Assembly (NCBI GenBank): GCA_016748015.1
Contig: JAAOMT010000436.1
Coordinates: 1,064,033-1,128,032, forward strand
Direction of reading: 5' to 3'
Source: Geosiphon pyriformis uo1
Taxonomy: Eukaryota; Fungi; Glomeromycota
Length of the DNA stretch: 64,000 nt
How positions within the stretch are numbered: position 1 is the stretch's first letter; each line of letters begins with the position of its first letter. The translations under genes were made by a program, and so were the position numbers. Under the pieces are notes generated by a model. It was not told the DNA's origin, did not search any database, and saw only the letters and a list, made by a program, of their open reading frames with translations. Positions 13,950-27,200 of the stretch are shown here, piece after piece.

Positions 13950-16628
13950 ATGTCAGTGACTCCATCACCTAAAGCACCTGGAAGCTCGGACGACAAAAGG
14001 GCCGAGCCAGTCCTCAATGACCTTTCCTCAGACTCATTCTTTTCCTTCGTTCACAATTCTGGATTAGACCCTCGGCTTCTACGAGCACTTTCTAAGCTCA
14101 ATTTCGTCAAGCCAACTTTGATTCAAGAGAAGGCGATACCGCTTGCCTTAGCTGGGAAAGATGTCTTGGCTAGGGCAAAGACTGGTAGTGGAAAAACTGC
14201 CGCATATTGTTTACCTGTAATACAAAAAATATTGACCGCGAAAGAGGTAGAGTTTCAGCTTTATCCGAAAATTATTATTATCACAAAGGAAATTTCTCTA
14301 TCTTTCTGAAACTATTCGGTATTTAGACTTTGAATCAGAAACACTTTGATAACGCGATTTGATATAGTCTCAATTTCATTTGCTTTCCAAGAACTTAGAC
14401 GGCCCTGCTGTTATCCGAAATGTAACACGTTCATTGATTCTTGTCCCGACTCGCGAGCTAGCCCAACAAGTTACCAAACAAATAAACCAATTTCTTGTCT
14501 ACTGCTCAAAAGAAATTAAAGTTGTCAATATAGGCACCAATGTGCCGGTGGAGGTACAAAGGTATAATTTTAGGGAATTGATATTTGAATATGAGCATCA
14601 CACTCAATCCAATTAATCATTAATTAATTTTAGACTGATTTTATCGGAAGGGCCTGACATCGTGGTTGCTACTCCCTTTCGTGCTCTTGCTCAATTACAG
14701 ACGAAAGTACGATTGCAGCTTTCTTCGTTCTCCTGCTATATTTTAAAGAACGAATTCAATTAACTTTTTTTTAAAAGAACTTAGTCATTCATGCCCTTCA
14801 AACACTTGTCATTGACGAGGCTGACCTTATCCTCTCATACGGATACGAAGATGATATGCAAAAGCTGTTAACTTATCTCCCAAAAATTTTTCAAAGTCTT
14901 ATTATGAGTGCAACATTAAGTAAGGTTAGTATAAGTCGTATTTATTTTTTTAAATTGAATATTTAGTTATTAATTTTTATTTTTATATTCGCGTACTCTA
15001 GGATGTAGAAACTTTGAAGCGATGGATATTAAGGAATCCGGTATTATAAAAACTTTTTTTATAATACATTCCAAACGAATAATATGATGCTTACAGCCGT
15101 CTTATTAAAGGTTATTCTAAGGCTTGAGGAAGAGAAAGATGAACTGGATCTGTTATCGCAATATTGTGTTCTGTAAATGTACCCTCTATTTATATTCCGT
15201 TCTTTTATTATTTTCGGCTTTTTAATTCTGGATTTTCTACAGATGCTCGGAAATGGACAAATTTTTAATAATCTTTGTAATATTGAGACTTCAATTGATC
15301 AAGGGCAAATGCCTCATATTTGTCAATGATATAGATCGAGGTTATAGATTGAAATTGTTTTTGGAACAATTCTCGATAAAAAGCTGCGTGCTTAATTCGG
15401 AGCTGCCTTTAAATTCCCGGTATATTTTACTTGATATAATTCTTTGCAAAGTAAGATTTTGCAAACTTAGGCCTCTTAATATTTCAGATACCACATTGTG
15501 GAAGAATTTAATAAAGGTGTATATCAATACATAATTGCAACAGACGAAAGCGATCTTAAACGAGAAAGAGATACCGATGACGAAGACGAAAACGAGGATG
15601 GTAAGGGAGTATAAAACTTGCTCTTCTATTTATCAAAGCTAATATAGCTACTTAATATAGATAAAGATGAGGAAAGTTCCATTAATCAAGCTCCATTGCA
15701 AGTTGAATCATCACAACACTTGAGCCGCAAGAGAAAAAAAAGATCTGAAAAACTTAAACAGGATAAAGAATATGGTGTTTCCCGCGGTATTGATTTTGTC
15801 AATGTTGTGGCAGTCATCAATTTCGATTTTCCAACATCGGCCAAATCATATACACATCGTGTTGGAAGAACAGCACGAGCTAACCGAAAAGGGATGAGTT
15901 TGAGTTTTATAGTACCAAAAAAATTGGTCGGAATAAACAAAAATATCACTTGTCCTACAGCTGTTAATGATGAGGCCTTGTTTGCACGCGTGGAACAACA
16001 ACAATCCGAGACTGGAAGGGTTATAAAACCCTATATGTTTGATATGAAGCAGATCGAAGGTTTTCGCTATCGTGTGGAGGATGCTTTGAAGGCAGTGACT
16101 CGTATTGCTATCAAAGAGGCACGAATTAAAGAAGTCAAACGAGAGATATTGAGTTCGGAAAAGTTAAAGGTAAAACTTTGAAAATTTTTCATTCTTATTG
16201 TTTTATTTAATAAATTTTCCTTCTAGGCTCATTTTGAAGATAACCCTAAAGATTTGGATTTTCTACGTCATGATAAACCCTTACATCCTACACGAGTTTA
16301 TCCCCACATGAAAGACATACCAAAGTATTTAATGCCAAAAATATCCACTCTGAAACTTCCGGATTCCGGGAATGGAGAAGCTCCTCATGTCGGATATGTT
16401 CCTTATCATAAGGATTCAACTAATCGATATCGCAAACATAAGCGCAAGGGATCAAAATTTTCTGGAAAGGTCTGTGATAATTTAATTACATAAAACATCC
16501 TTTGCATCTGATAAGTGACTAAATTTCTTGAATAAATAAAGAAACGAAAAGATGACCCCCTCAAAACCTTCCAAACCCCTGGTGGGGGTAAAAATTCATT
16601 GAAAAAACAGGTAATCGATCGCAATTAG
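13950..16628 (+). CDS. DBP9: DEAD-box RNA helicase Dbp9/DDX56, multi-exon
   Basis: Q motif [91 protein letters not shown]. Confidence 0.95.
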
Positions 16629-16940
16629 TTTGATTCACCATAACAGTGTCTAATTATTTAAATTTAAATCTTGGAATTGATTTCCTAAAGAGGCCCTCAT
16701 AGACCAATACGATTGAAAGGTAAAAAATATCTCTTCACGAGAACTTTTATACAGGGTGCAACTTTTTACATACGGACCACAGAATTACTATGTACAAAGG
16801 TTTGCTCAACAAAGCAAATAGATACCAAAGAGATTCTCATTTAGAATGGTATGAAACGTTAGATTGCTTCTCAGGAAATCAATTCACAGAAAGGAGATCC
16901 TGTTTATGGACATTAGATACATACAGGGCGCCATAACACT

Positions 16941-18881
16941 TTATTCACCTGTTTCATCAGCATGCGATCGCACATTTGGTTTGTGTGTTTTAAAATGACG
17001 AGTCACTTGATCAGGTCGCGAAAATCTTTTGTCGCAGGAAGTTGAAGGGCATTTAAAAGGACGTTCCCCGGTGTGGACACGCATCTAAAGTCGGAGAAAT
17101 ATTAATGTTGATATTTAGAACCCTGAAAGCGAAGCCTCATAAAACGTTAATTTCATACATGTTTAGTGAGATTAGATGATTCAGCAAACCGTTTGGCACA
17201 TCCTTCATATTTACACTTGAAGGGTTTTTCGCCTAATAAATGATTATACATAAGGTATAGATAATTTAATCAAATAAAAATTATAGAATGATCAACAAAT
17301 ACCAGTATGGACTCGCATATGTATTGTCAAAGCCCCTGAGATTGAAAATTCCCGATTACAACCAGGCACTTGACACTTATAAGGTTTTTCACCCGTATGA
17401 ATTCTCATGTGTTGAGTCATAATGTTGGCTTCTGAAAAGCGTTTCTTGCACAGTGTACACTGATAAGGTTTATCACCTATAGATTAAAAAATGAGCATTA
17501 AATTCCAATTTTTAAATAAAATTTACCAGGCAATAAATAACGTCCTGTATACCAGTGTGTGTTTGAATATGGCGCATTACTTTTTGACGTTGGGTAAAAG
17601 GTCTTCCGTTACGATCGCAATCCTCCCAAAGACAAATATATTGACTTTTGCCTGAACCTATATGAAATTCACTCACATGGCCCGTCAACTCATCAAATGT
17701 TTCAAATCGCAAAGAGCATCCGTCCCACCTACAGGAATGTTGATATTGTTGGGTGTTTAAATGATCAGAGCACACGTGCTCTATCAATTCATCGCTTCCC
17801 TCCTTTTCTAATGAACAGGAAGCCCAGAGGCAATGGTTACTTCGACTACGACCAGCTACATGTAATTTTGAGAGATGTGGAACTAATTGATCAATTGATC
17901 TAAACACAGCAGCACACGTTGACCACAGACATCGCGCTTCATCAGACTGATCTTCCAGTAAATCATTTTCCTTGCGCTTTGCTCCGGGAAAAACTCCGGA
18001 ATTTAATGAAGATGCATCTGAGGCTATGTCAGAGATAGAACTATCGGAAAATGAGTTTGAAATTGGTGATGAATTCAGTACAATTTCATCTGAGAGTTCA
18101 GAAAATGATTGCGGACTTGGGACAGAGTCCAGTTCGATTTCATTAGATCCATTATGTGCTGATGTAAGAAAACTGAATCCTGTGCCCAGTGATTCATTGC
18201 CTACAATATTTAAGCAATTTCCGTGGATGGGTGTATCATCAGTAACTGACCGCTAAATGAAATAAGTTCAAGAAATCCATGTTTATCAAAATGAGAATGA
18301 ATAGTTGACATTAAATAATATGAATAATAACTAAAATCAGATCATTTTTCATTATTGTGAGGATTTATCATAGATGAATTTTGAATTAATAAAATATTTA
18401 ATCTAACCTGTTCTTGATTATTCTCATTGGATAAAATTGATTTTGCGAAATCATCTGTAGATGCTTCGATACCTGTAGATTGGGATACTCGGGTGGATAA
18501 AGGGTCACCAAAGGTTGGCAATTTGGTCGAGGAGGGGATTTCGTATTCAAATATTGGTGGAGTATTGGCATAATTTATTAGATTCGAAGTAAAAGATTTA
18601 TAACTGGCATTTTGAAAAGAAAAATTTGGAGATCTTTCAGAATCAACTTCTGAAACACCAATTGAATGTGAAATTTGTTTAGTAGCAGCAGCTTCGGCTT
18701 CGGCTTCAGCAGCAGCAACAGGACAACACTCAGTACAGCACTCTCCCGCAATTGCGTTTGGAGAAGGCGAAGGACTCGGGGCTATATAACTTTTATGATT
18801 TGATGATATAGAATCTTGCGTAAAAGAGAATTGACTAAAGGAAGGTGGAGTTGATTGAGTCGTAGAGTTAAATTCTGTCAT
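16941..18881 (-). CDS. ZAP1: ZAP1/ZafA-like zinc-responsive C2H2 transcription factor, multi-exon
   Basis: Trp-containing paired fingers (CRWDGC...[16 protein letters not shown]...[14 protein letters not shown]) followed by four TGEKP-linked fingers ([20 protein letters not shown]), the Zap1 pattern. Ser-rich N-terminus with CCTECC. Start uncertain; first in-frame ATG is 18881. Confidence 0.8.
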
Positions 18882-20968
18882 AGACAAATAAGAATAAGTA
18901 AAATCGCCACCAGCACGAGAAAAGTCGGTTTGGGGGTTATGTCTTAGAAATGAGTAACTTCCAAAAAAATCATTATCAGTTTGGGTTTGGGTTGAAATTG
19001 TTCTTTGTTTGGAGACCACGGTTGTTTCGACGTCTTGCGCTGACGCTTCCTGGTTTGCTCCGGCAAGATATGGTATGCTGAATCTCCGCTAGATGACATT
19101 TGGGGTGTATAAGGGTAATTCTCAAAAATACTGAAGATAAAATTATACCAATTATTAATAAATAATCACAAACCTCCATGAAAATTTTCATTCAGAACAT
19201 GTAAAAGTTTAAAAATTGGGGGAAACAATCTTTTAGGGGAGGGTGGAATTTCAACCAAGGAAAATTTAAGAGTAGTTAGTATCGTTTAGTTTTGTAAAGG
19301 AAAATAGTTTGAGTATCAGTGTAGAGGAGAAACTCATTATGAAAATTGGCAAAGTTTTCGAAGAAATTTCCGAGAAAATGGAAGGCAAAAACACCGCCGA
19401 ATGGCGCATGTTTATGACTTACAAAATAGAAATGATGGTCGATCGTGGCTTTTTATTGGTAGAAGGAATAGTTTCCCGCAACTTACCTATTTTTTTGTTG
19501 GGGAAAATATTGGGAAAATCTTAGAGAAAAATTAAAGAAAAAAAAAAGGGTTGTGATGAAAGTTGATCAATTTAAAATAAATTATTCTAGCGCAGTATAA
19601 TTGACTTCAGGAATCCGCCAGCAGCAAAAATCGCGCGGCCAAAATCCCTCAAATTGATTTGGCAGAAATAGCTCATGTATAGGAATTTGTACGGCATCAT
19701 TCATTCGCAAATCTTACGTGATTTCCTAACATTTCTAAATCAAGTTTAAAGAAAATCCATAAATTAGATTTGGACAGCCCCATTTTAAAACTTTAAAACG
19801 GGCCATCTCTTATAATCGGGTCTGTGAATTGAGGTATTTTTGCCAATACGAGGTCTTTTAATTCCCAAAATGCTTACTAGGATAGTAGGAGTCGTACGAA
19901 AAATATGAAACGGAATTTGAAAATGTGCGCGTGCGTAATGCACTGCAGATCCAATGAGGTCTAATAAATCGAAGCTTATTAATGGGTTTATTGTGTTACC
20001 ATAGTCTTGAAAATAAAAATGCCATAATAAACCAATTATAAATTTTTCTAATTATTTAGAAGAGGGTTTAATATTCTAGTTTAATTTCATTCACAATATA
20101 TATAATATTCAGAAATAATTTCAAGTAATTAAAATATTGCTTTTGTTTATTGAATTATGTAAAAAAACATACATATTACATTGTTATTAATTAAGATTCA
20201 AACTTATATTATTATTATTATTAAAATTTTAATTATTGTTAAAAATAATATTTTTGGTAAATTAAAAAGGTTAAAAACACCAAAATAAATTGGTTATTAT
20301 ACCAAAAAATTAAGACAAAGAATGTTAAAAACTATTAATATTGAATTTTTGTTTTTTATACAAAAAATTTTATTATAAAAATCTTTAAATATACCAAACT
20401 TTTTAAATAACAGAACAAAATTATAGCACTAACTTATAAGTTCTAAATCAATATATTTACTTATAATACCATTAACTTATTAATAATTGTATTAATCTAT
20501 TGTTTTATATTTTTTAAATTTTTTTTGAATAATTATATAATTAAGTAAACTTAATAAGTTTTTTGTTTTTTAATTTAATATTAATTTAATATTTTATTAT
20601 GTTTATCTTTTTGAATTTATTTTTATTAATAAAAGTATTAACATAGTTATCAATTAGAATTTTTAATTGTATTTATTATAATAAATTCAAATTTTTTATT
20701 TTTTTTAATTAAAGTAAATAGTATTTTTTAGTATTAATTTATGTTTATAATATAAGATTACAATACAAATATAATCAAATAAAATTTAAAATAAGTTAGA
20801 ATATTAATTGTTTTAACTTAATATTTAAGTATTAAATAATAGTATTAAATAAAATTTTAATTATATTTTTGAAAATATTTTAAATATTTTTGTTGTTTTT
20901 AGCTAAAATATACAAATTATTAATATTAATTAAGTTTAATTAATAATTATTGTTTTTGTTTTAAATAT

Positions 20969-21750
20969 TGTTATAGATGATTATTTGGGGTCTCAAATTA
21001 AATAACAAATCTGTAACTTGGTGCTCAATATCTTAACAATATTGATATTACTGGCACATTGGTTGTATCTGAAAGTTTTTAGAATGGAGTCTTTTGTATA
21101 ATGGACAAAGATTCAATAATAATGTAGTTGGTTGGTGAGTTGTGTTCCCAATTTCTGTCTTTAGCTTGGTGGTCAGTTTATTCTGACATTCATGCCCTTC
21201 TGGTAAGCTATCCGTTAATATATATATAATTTTACACTTATTTCTGGGTCTTTTACCAGACTATTCGTAACATCAATTACTCAGTGCTTTAATCCTTAAT
21301 CAGTTAATTTTCAACAAAAAAAATAAAAGAAATAAATAAATAAATAAAAATAAAGAAATGAGCCAAGGTGATACACAAGTTAGTATCTTATTAATAGCTG
21401 TGATCAAGAGCTATTGTTCTAGCATAGTTAAGTACTAATTATTATTAACATGAAGTGTTGATAGTAGAGAGTGGATTTGGATAGTAAATGATTTATTTAT
21501 TTAATATTTATAAATAGAAGATTTCTAACTAGAGATTCTGCTCTTTCTACTTCTAACGCTATCACTATATATACATAATTGATGTTCTATGAAATCGCTC
21601 ATATTTCCGAGTGATATGCTATGATTTTTTGAGCAATGTGCCATGATTTCTGACATTGCTCCACATTGCTGAACAATATGCTCACATGCTAAATACTATT
21701 CTCTTATTGGTCTACTATTTTCTATATCTGTTTTTTTTTTATGAGTAACA
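20969..21750 (-). repeat. 3' LTR of element B
   Basis: Direct repeat of 40495-40698 plus 41407-42084; preceded on the minus strand by PPT AAAAGAAGGAGATAA. Confidence 0.92.
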
Positions 21751-21763
21751 TTATCTCCTTCTT

Positions 21764-22174
21764 TTAATATTGAGCTCCATCGAAATCTTTGTTTTGAATT
21801 AATTCTAATACTTTTTTTTCAAGTATTGTTTGTTCAACTTTGTTTTTCATGTCTTCTATTTGTGTATTGTTCATTCTTCCCCATTGGTTAATGGTTATGG
21901 TTTCTATTTCAGAGTGTAATAGTATTTCTGGGTAGTTCCGAAATATGTTGTGTAGTCAGTACATTGTTTTAACATGTAGTGTTGAATTTGTTTTCTTTCC
22001 GATAAATTTTTCAATTTGTTGTATTATGTTTTGGTTAAATATTCTTTTGGATTTGTCGATATACAACTTCTGAATATTCAACTTTTGACTTAATTGGTAA
22101 TAATAGTATAATATTGGAAGTTGTTCTGTCCATTGCTTCTAATTCTCTTTTGTAAGTTCTTCTGTTGGTGCCAT
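21764..22174 (-). pseudogene. Element B ORF3, C-terminal part (joins 32534-32762)
   Basis: Removing insertion C and one CCAT copy gives an in-frame join ...GKIPIM|APTEELTKEN... ending DFDGAQY*. About 211 aa in total, with two internal stops (TAG, TGA) explainable as TGG and CGA transitions. Confidence 0.8.
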
Positions 22175-23072
22175 TGTTACCCAAGTAGAAAAACTGATCC
22201 AAAGTTATAAAAAAACATGACCAAAACATAACATAACACAGAATAGCGTGCAATAATATTGGATAACACATTATAATTTAGAATAATACAGAATAATGCA
22301 TTATAACATAGGATAACACAGAATAACATGTAATAACACCAAATAACATATTATAACATAAGATAACTAGTAATAACATAGAAAAACAAAGCAATTACAG
22401 AAATAGCAAAGCAATAGTTAGCAATAACAGAACAATCAGAAGTAATTCTGTAGAACAAAAAAAATGTATAAAATGAGTAGTTGTAAAAGTTAGAAAAACA
22501 TCCAGAGAGAAAATTAGACTTTCAGAAATCAATTAAACTCTCAGAGTCAATTAGACTCATAGGTTATAATTATTAAATACTCCTTCTTTCAAAGATAGTT
22601 GTTATCAACCGAAATGGAATTATATTAATAAAATATTTCTTTAATTTTTCAAATCCATGTTATTATTCACTACTTAAGCTGCTAGCACAATAGCTCTTGA
22701 TTATGGCTATTGACAGGACACTTATTTTTTATTTATTTTTTTTTTCTCTTTGTGGAGTGGTAACATAAGAAAATTGACTGTCTGAGAATAGATTTCGTGA
22801 TAGCTTGGTAAAAGAGGGAGGCTCCCCCTAGGTTTTGGATATTAACATTATCTTGATAGCTTACCAGAAGGGTAAAAAGACAATGCCAGACCCTAACAAC
22901 TGCACTTGTTAGCTTGGAGAAAAAAGCTCACATTTATGGAAAACATTGCAATTGACGAAAAACAAATTCTGTGCCTTATAACCAAAGAACTCAACAAGTA
23001 AATTCACATCTAGGAATAGACTTTCAAAGACTAATAACCAAGATTAACCCAACAGAATTACGCAGAAGACGC

Positions 23073-23552
23073 TGTTATCGGAGGTTTTTGGTCTCTTTTC
23101 TTAAATGTTGTTGATGCCTGTTTGTTGTGAATTCACATTTTCTGGATGTGGTTGAACCTCCAATAACTGAATTTATCTTCAAATTATCTCTTATAATTTG
23201 AACTGCTGGGCTTATAAGTGGAATGGCCAATTCCTTGCCAGTTACTTTATGTAGTTACATTGTAGTAAATGTCAACTTTTTCCCAGGAATTGCTTGTCTG
23301 GAAGCTCACTAAAAATATGTAGTTACTTTGCTGTGAAAGTCAACTCTTTTATAGGAATCTTGTCTGTAGNNNNNNNNNNNNNNNNNNNNCCTACTTTCTG
23401 TTATACTAATTAGATTATTTTAATTGAATCGTAATATGTGATAATTGATTAAATAATAAATGATAATTTGAAATGATATTAATATACTAATGAATTATAG
23501 GAATTATAAGGGTAATTTCATGCTAATTAATAGCTAAAATTCTACTGGTAAC
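23073..23552 (-). repeat. 3' LTR of element A (collapsed by assembly gap 23370-23389)
   Basis: Both sides of the gap match the two ends of 31493-32465. Confidence 0.92.
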
Positions 23553-24239
23553 ATAATCTCCTTCTCAAGACTGAGCTCCATCAAAGTCCAAGCACTATCT
23601 GTAATATTGAGATAGTGATCTAAAATAATTGAAGTAATCTGGTCTGAAAATTGTTGAAATTTCAGTTCTGTAAGTTTGCCAATATATTGGACTTTCATTG
23701 GTTGCAGTATTGGATTTTGTAGAACATTTTCACAAGTATTAAACAAGTCATAGAGTCTAAGAGCTGCTCTAAGTTTGTAGCGAGTGTTTGTTGGTCCAGC
23801 TGCTGTTTTGAATTCATTGTGGATTTGTTTTTGTATAACTTCAGGAGTGAGATTTGTTGCTTCAAGTTCCAGTTTTCGTTCATAAAGTGTTTTTCCAATT
23901 TGAAAGTATTTATAGATAGGGTGTGTTCATTGTTCTGTTCATTAAGAAGTAATAGAAGTTTTTGTTGCATTGTAGCATTTGGTGGAATGTCAATAGGGGC
24001 AATTAAAAGATTTTCTTTTAGTGCTTGCTTCAAAAGTCTTGGTAATCTATTTTCAGAGTGACTTCTTGTTTTTTTTCTATAGAGTAATAGTTCTGTAAAT
24101 GATTTACTACTGGGGCTGTGATTTCTTTCTGAATGTAATTAATTTGACTTCCATTAATCGTTATAGATAAGTTAGGGAGTGTTTTCAAGGCTAACATTAA
24201 TTTTTGGGATATTTGTTGAATATTTCGGGAAATAATCAT
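23534..24239 (-). pseudogene. Element A ORF3, unknown protein (~235 codons, two frameshifts), between integrase and 3' LTR
   Basis: Three overlapping ORF-track fragments. Frame repaired using the eroded copy at ~55048-55760: MIISRNIQQISQKLMLAL...RKKTRSHSENRLPRLL...IYKYFQIGKTL...RAALRLYDLFNTCENVL...VQYIGKLTELKFQQF. Confidence 0.8.
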
Positions 24240-27200
24240 GATAAAATTGACTAATTATGAAAAGAGAAAATAAAGAAAATGATTTTTGGATATGGGGTTT
24301 TTATTTGTTTTTGGGTTTGGGTGTTTTGTAATTATTTACTATTTTTGTCTTTGTGTTTTTATTAGAAAATTATTGTAAAATTTAAGTGTTCAAGTTTGGT
24401 TGTTGTTCTATTATAATTATTGGTTCTAAATTTTGGGGAATATCTTCAGGATTAATTAAAGAGGAATGTGTACCAATTTGTGGAATTAATGGTTCAGGAT
24501 TGTTTCTGGAATGATAGTGTTTCAATCTGTCTTCATGTGCAATTTTTGCTAATATTTTGTCATCAAGTCTTAACTTATATGATCCATTGCCTAGAATTTC
24601 GTGAATATAAAATGGTCCATCCCATTTGTTTTCAAATTTCCCACTCCATTGTTTTTTAGCCTTAGTTCTGTGTAAGAGAACTTTATTTCCAACTTTAAAT
24701 TCATTGGTAATAGATGGTAATTTGTTGTCATGTCTTTCTTTTTGTTGAGCTTGGGAATGTTCAATATAAGTTGCTGCTATTCTTCTTTTTCCTTCCAGTG
24801 TACTAAAAAGAGTGTAGGCTCTTCTTTGGAGTGTCTTTTAAAAGTTTTCTTCATTGATTGGTTGCACTGGATATGTTTCCACTGTGAAATTAATTGGTAA
24901 TGTTGCTGTCCTTTTATAAGTAAGATCAAATGGTGTGTGTTTCATAGTATCTTGTTTTAGTGTTCTGTATGCTAGTAACACTGATGGAATAAAGATATCC
25001 CATTTCTGCTCAAAGTCTGTTGAGACTTTGGCTAGAGATTTACACAATGTTCTGTTGAAACATTCTACAAGTTCATTTGTTTGAGGGTGATAAAGTGATG
25101 ATAGAGGTTTTTTGATATTGAACCGTTCACAAATTTCTTGTATCAAATTGTTCACAAAATGTGTTTTTTGATCAGATAAGAGTTCAATTGGGCATCTATG
25201 TTTACAGATAATGTCTTCATAGATGAAATTTGCTATTGATTTTGCATCTGCTCTTTGGATGGCTCTAGCTTCAGGCCATTTGGTAAGATAATTCACTGCA
25301 ACTGCAATATAACAATTTCTTTGGGTTGTGATAGGTAATGGTCCGACTAAATTAATTCCAACTCTGTCAAAAGGTTGTCCAACTTTGATTGGATTTAAAG
25401 GTTCTGTAGGGCAAGTTCCTCCTCTTCTTTGACAATTATTACAAGATTCTACATATTGTCGAATATCTTTTTGTATGTGAGGCCAAAAATAATGTTCAAG
25501 GGTTCTTTGAATTGTTCCCTCTTTTCCCAAGTGTGCTGAAGACGGATCTGTGTGCATGTTGTATAAAATTGTTTCTTTTTCATTCTCTTGTACTAATCTG
25601 AGTGGCTGGTTTGGTTTTCTGTGATTTTTATAATAGATTTTGTTCTGGTATATGAAATATTGTTTTAATTGGTGTTGTAAATAGTGTTTTTCACTTGAAG
25701 ACCAGTTTTCTAGCATGGTAAGAGTCTCCAAATAATTTTTAAGATTGCTGTAGTTTCTGGAATCCATTCTTGTTTGATTATTTTTGTTGGTAAGTTGGTA
25801 AGTTGTGGTGGAATTGTTGTTGGTATTAATCTTGTCTCATTCTTGAGAGGCTATTAACATTGGTATGTAGTTTTCCTAGTTTGTAGTATACAATATATCT
25901 GTAGTCTGCTAGGAAATCATTCCATTGAGACTGTTTGGCACTTTGTTCAGTTTTCTTTTTATTGAGCCATTTGAGGCCAATGTTGTCTGTTATTATGTTA
26001 AATTCTTTTCCATTCTTCAGATATTGTTGAAAATGGTTAAGAGCCCAAATAACTGCAACAGCTTCTAATTCAGTTGAGCCATATTTGAGTTCTGTTGGCT
26101 TGAGTATTCTGCTGGCATAGGCAATAACTTGTTCTTGGCCATTTTCATCTAATTGTGATAAGATGGCACCAAATGCTATGTGTGAGGCATCAGTAGCTAA
26201 TTGGAATCATTTGTTAAAGTCTGGGTAAGCAAGAACTGGGGCTGTTGTCAATTTTGTTTTGAGAATTTCAAAAGCTTTTTGTTGTTCTTCAGTCTATTTG
26301 TATAGTACGTTTTTGTTGGTAAGATAATTGAGTGGTTTGGTGATTTCTGAGAATCCTTTTATGAATTTTCAATAGTAAGAGGCTAATTCCACAAATCCTC
26401 TTAGTTCTGTAGTATTTCTGGGGGTTTGAAAGTTTTTGACAGCACTGATTGTTTCTGGATTTGGTTTGATTCCATCTTTACTAACTATGTGTTCAAGAAA
26501 GATCAAGCTTGTTTTTCCAAAGTGACATTTCTCAATATTTAACTTTAATACTGCTTTTCGTAATTGTTGAAAAACTTCTCGCAGATAAATGAGATGGGCT
26601 TCAAAGCTTGGTGAGTATACATCAGTATCATCAAGATAAACAATTACTGATTGCCATAAGAGCTCTTTATAGACAACATCCATAAGTCACTGAAATGTTG
26701 CTGGTGCATTGCAGAGTTCAAAAGGCATAACATTAAACTCATAATTTTCTCCTTGAGTGGTAAATGCTGTTTTGGGTCTATCTTTTGGGTTCATTTCGAC
26801 TTGCCAGTATCCACTTTCCAGGTCTAAAGTTAAAAAGAACTTGGCTTTTTCTAGAGCATCTAGCATGTCATCAATTCTTGGAAGAAAGTAGGCATCTCCA
26901 ATTGTAACACTATTCAGTTGTCTATAATCAACACAGAATCTGATTTTTCCGTTTTTCTTTTTAACTAAAACTACTGGTGAGGCCTAAGGACTTCTTGATG
27001 GTTGAATTAATCTATTATTGAGCATTCTTTGGACCTCTTCTCTGATGAATTGGTGGCTGGCAGGTGGCATTCGATAAGCTTGTTGACGTTTTGGTAGAGC
27101 ATCTCCTGTATGAATCTGATGTTGAACAATGTCTGTTTTTCTCAAGTCATTGTTGTCTTTTGCAAATATATCTGCAAATTCAGCTATCAATTGTTTCAAT

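Noticed and set aside
1-19000. U12-type (minor) introns in host genes
   Set aside because: No RTATCCTT donor seen in the introns I inspected; inspection was not exhaustive.
19000-19900. Zap1 autoregulatory ZRE upstream of the ZAP1-like gene
   Set aside because: No ACCTTNAAGGT or CAAGGT-type site found by eye.
23534-24239. Retroviral env gene
   Set aside because: Too short, with no signal peptide, furin site or transmembrane segment visible; kept as unknown ORF3.
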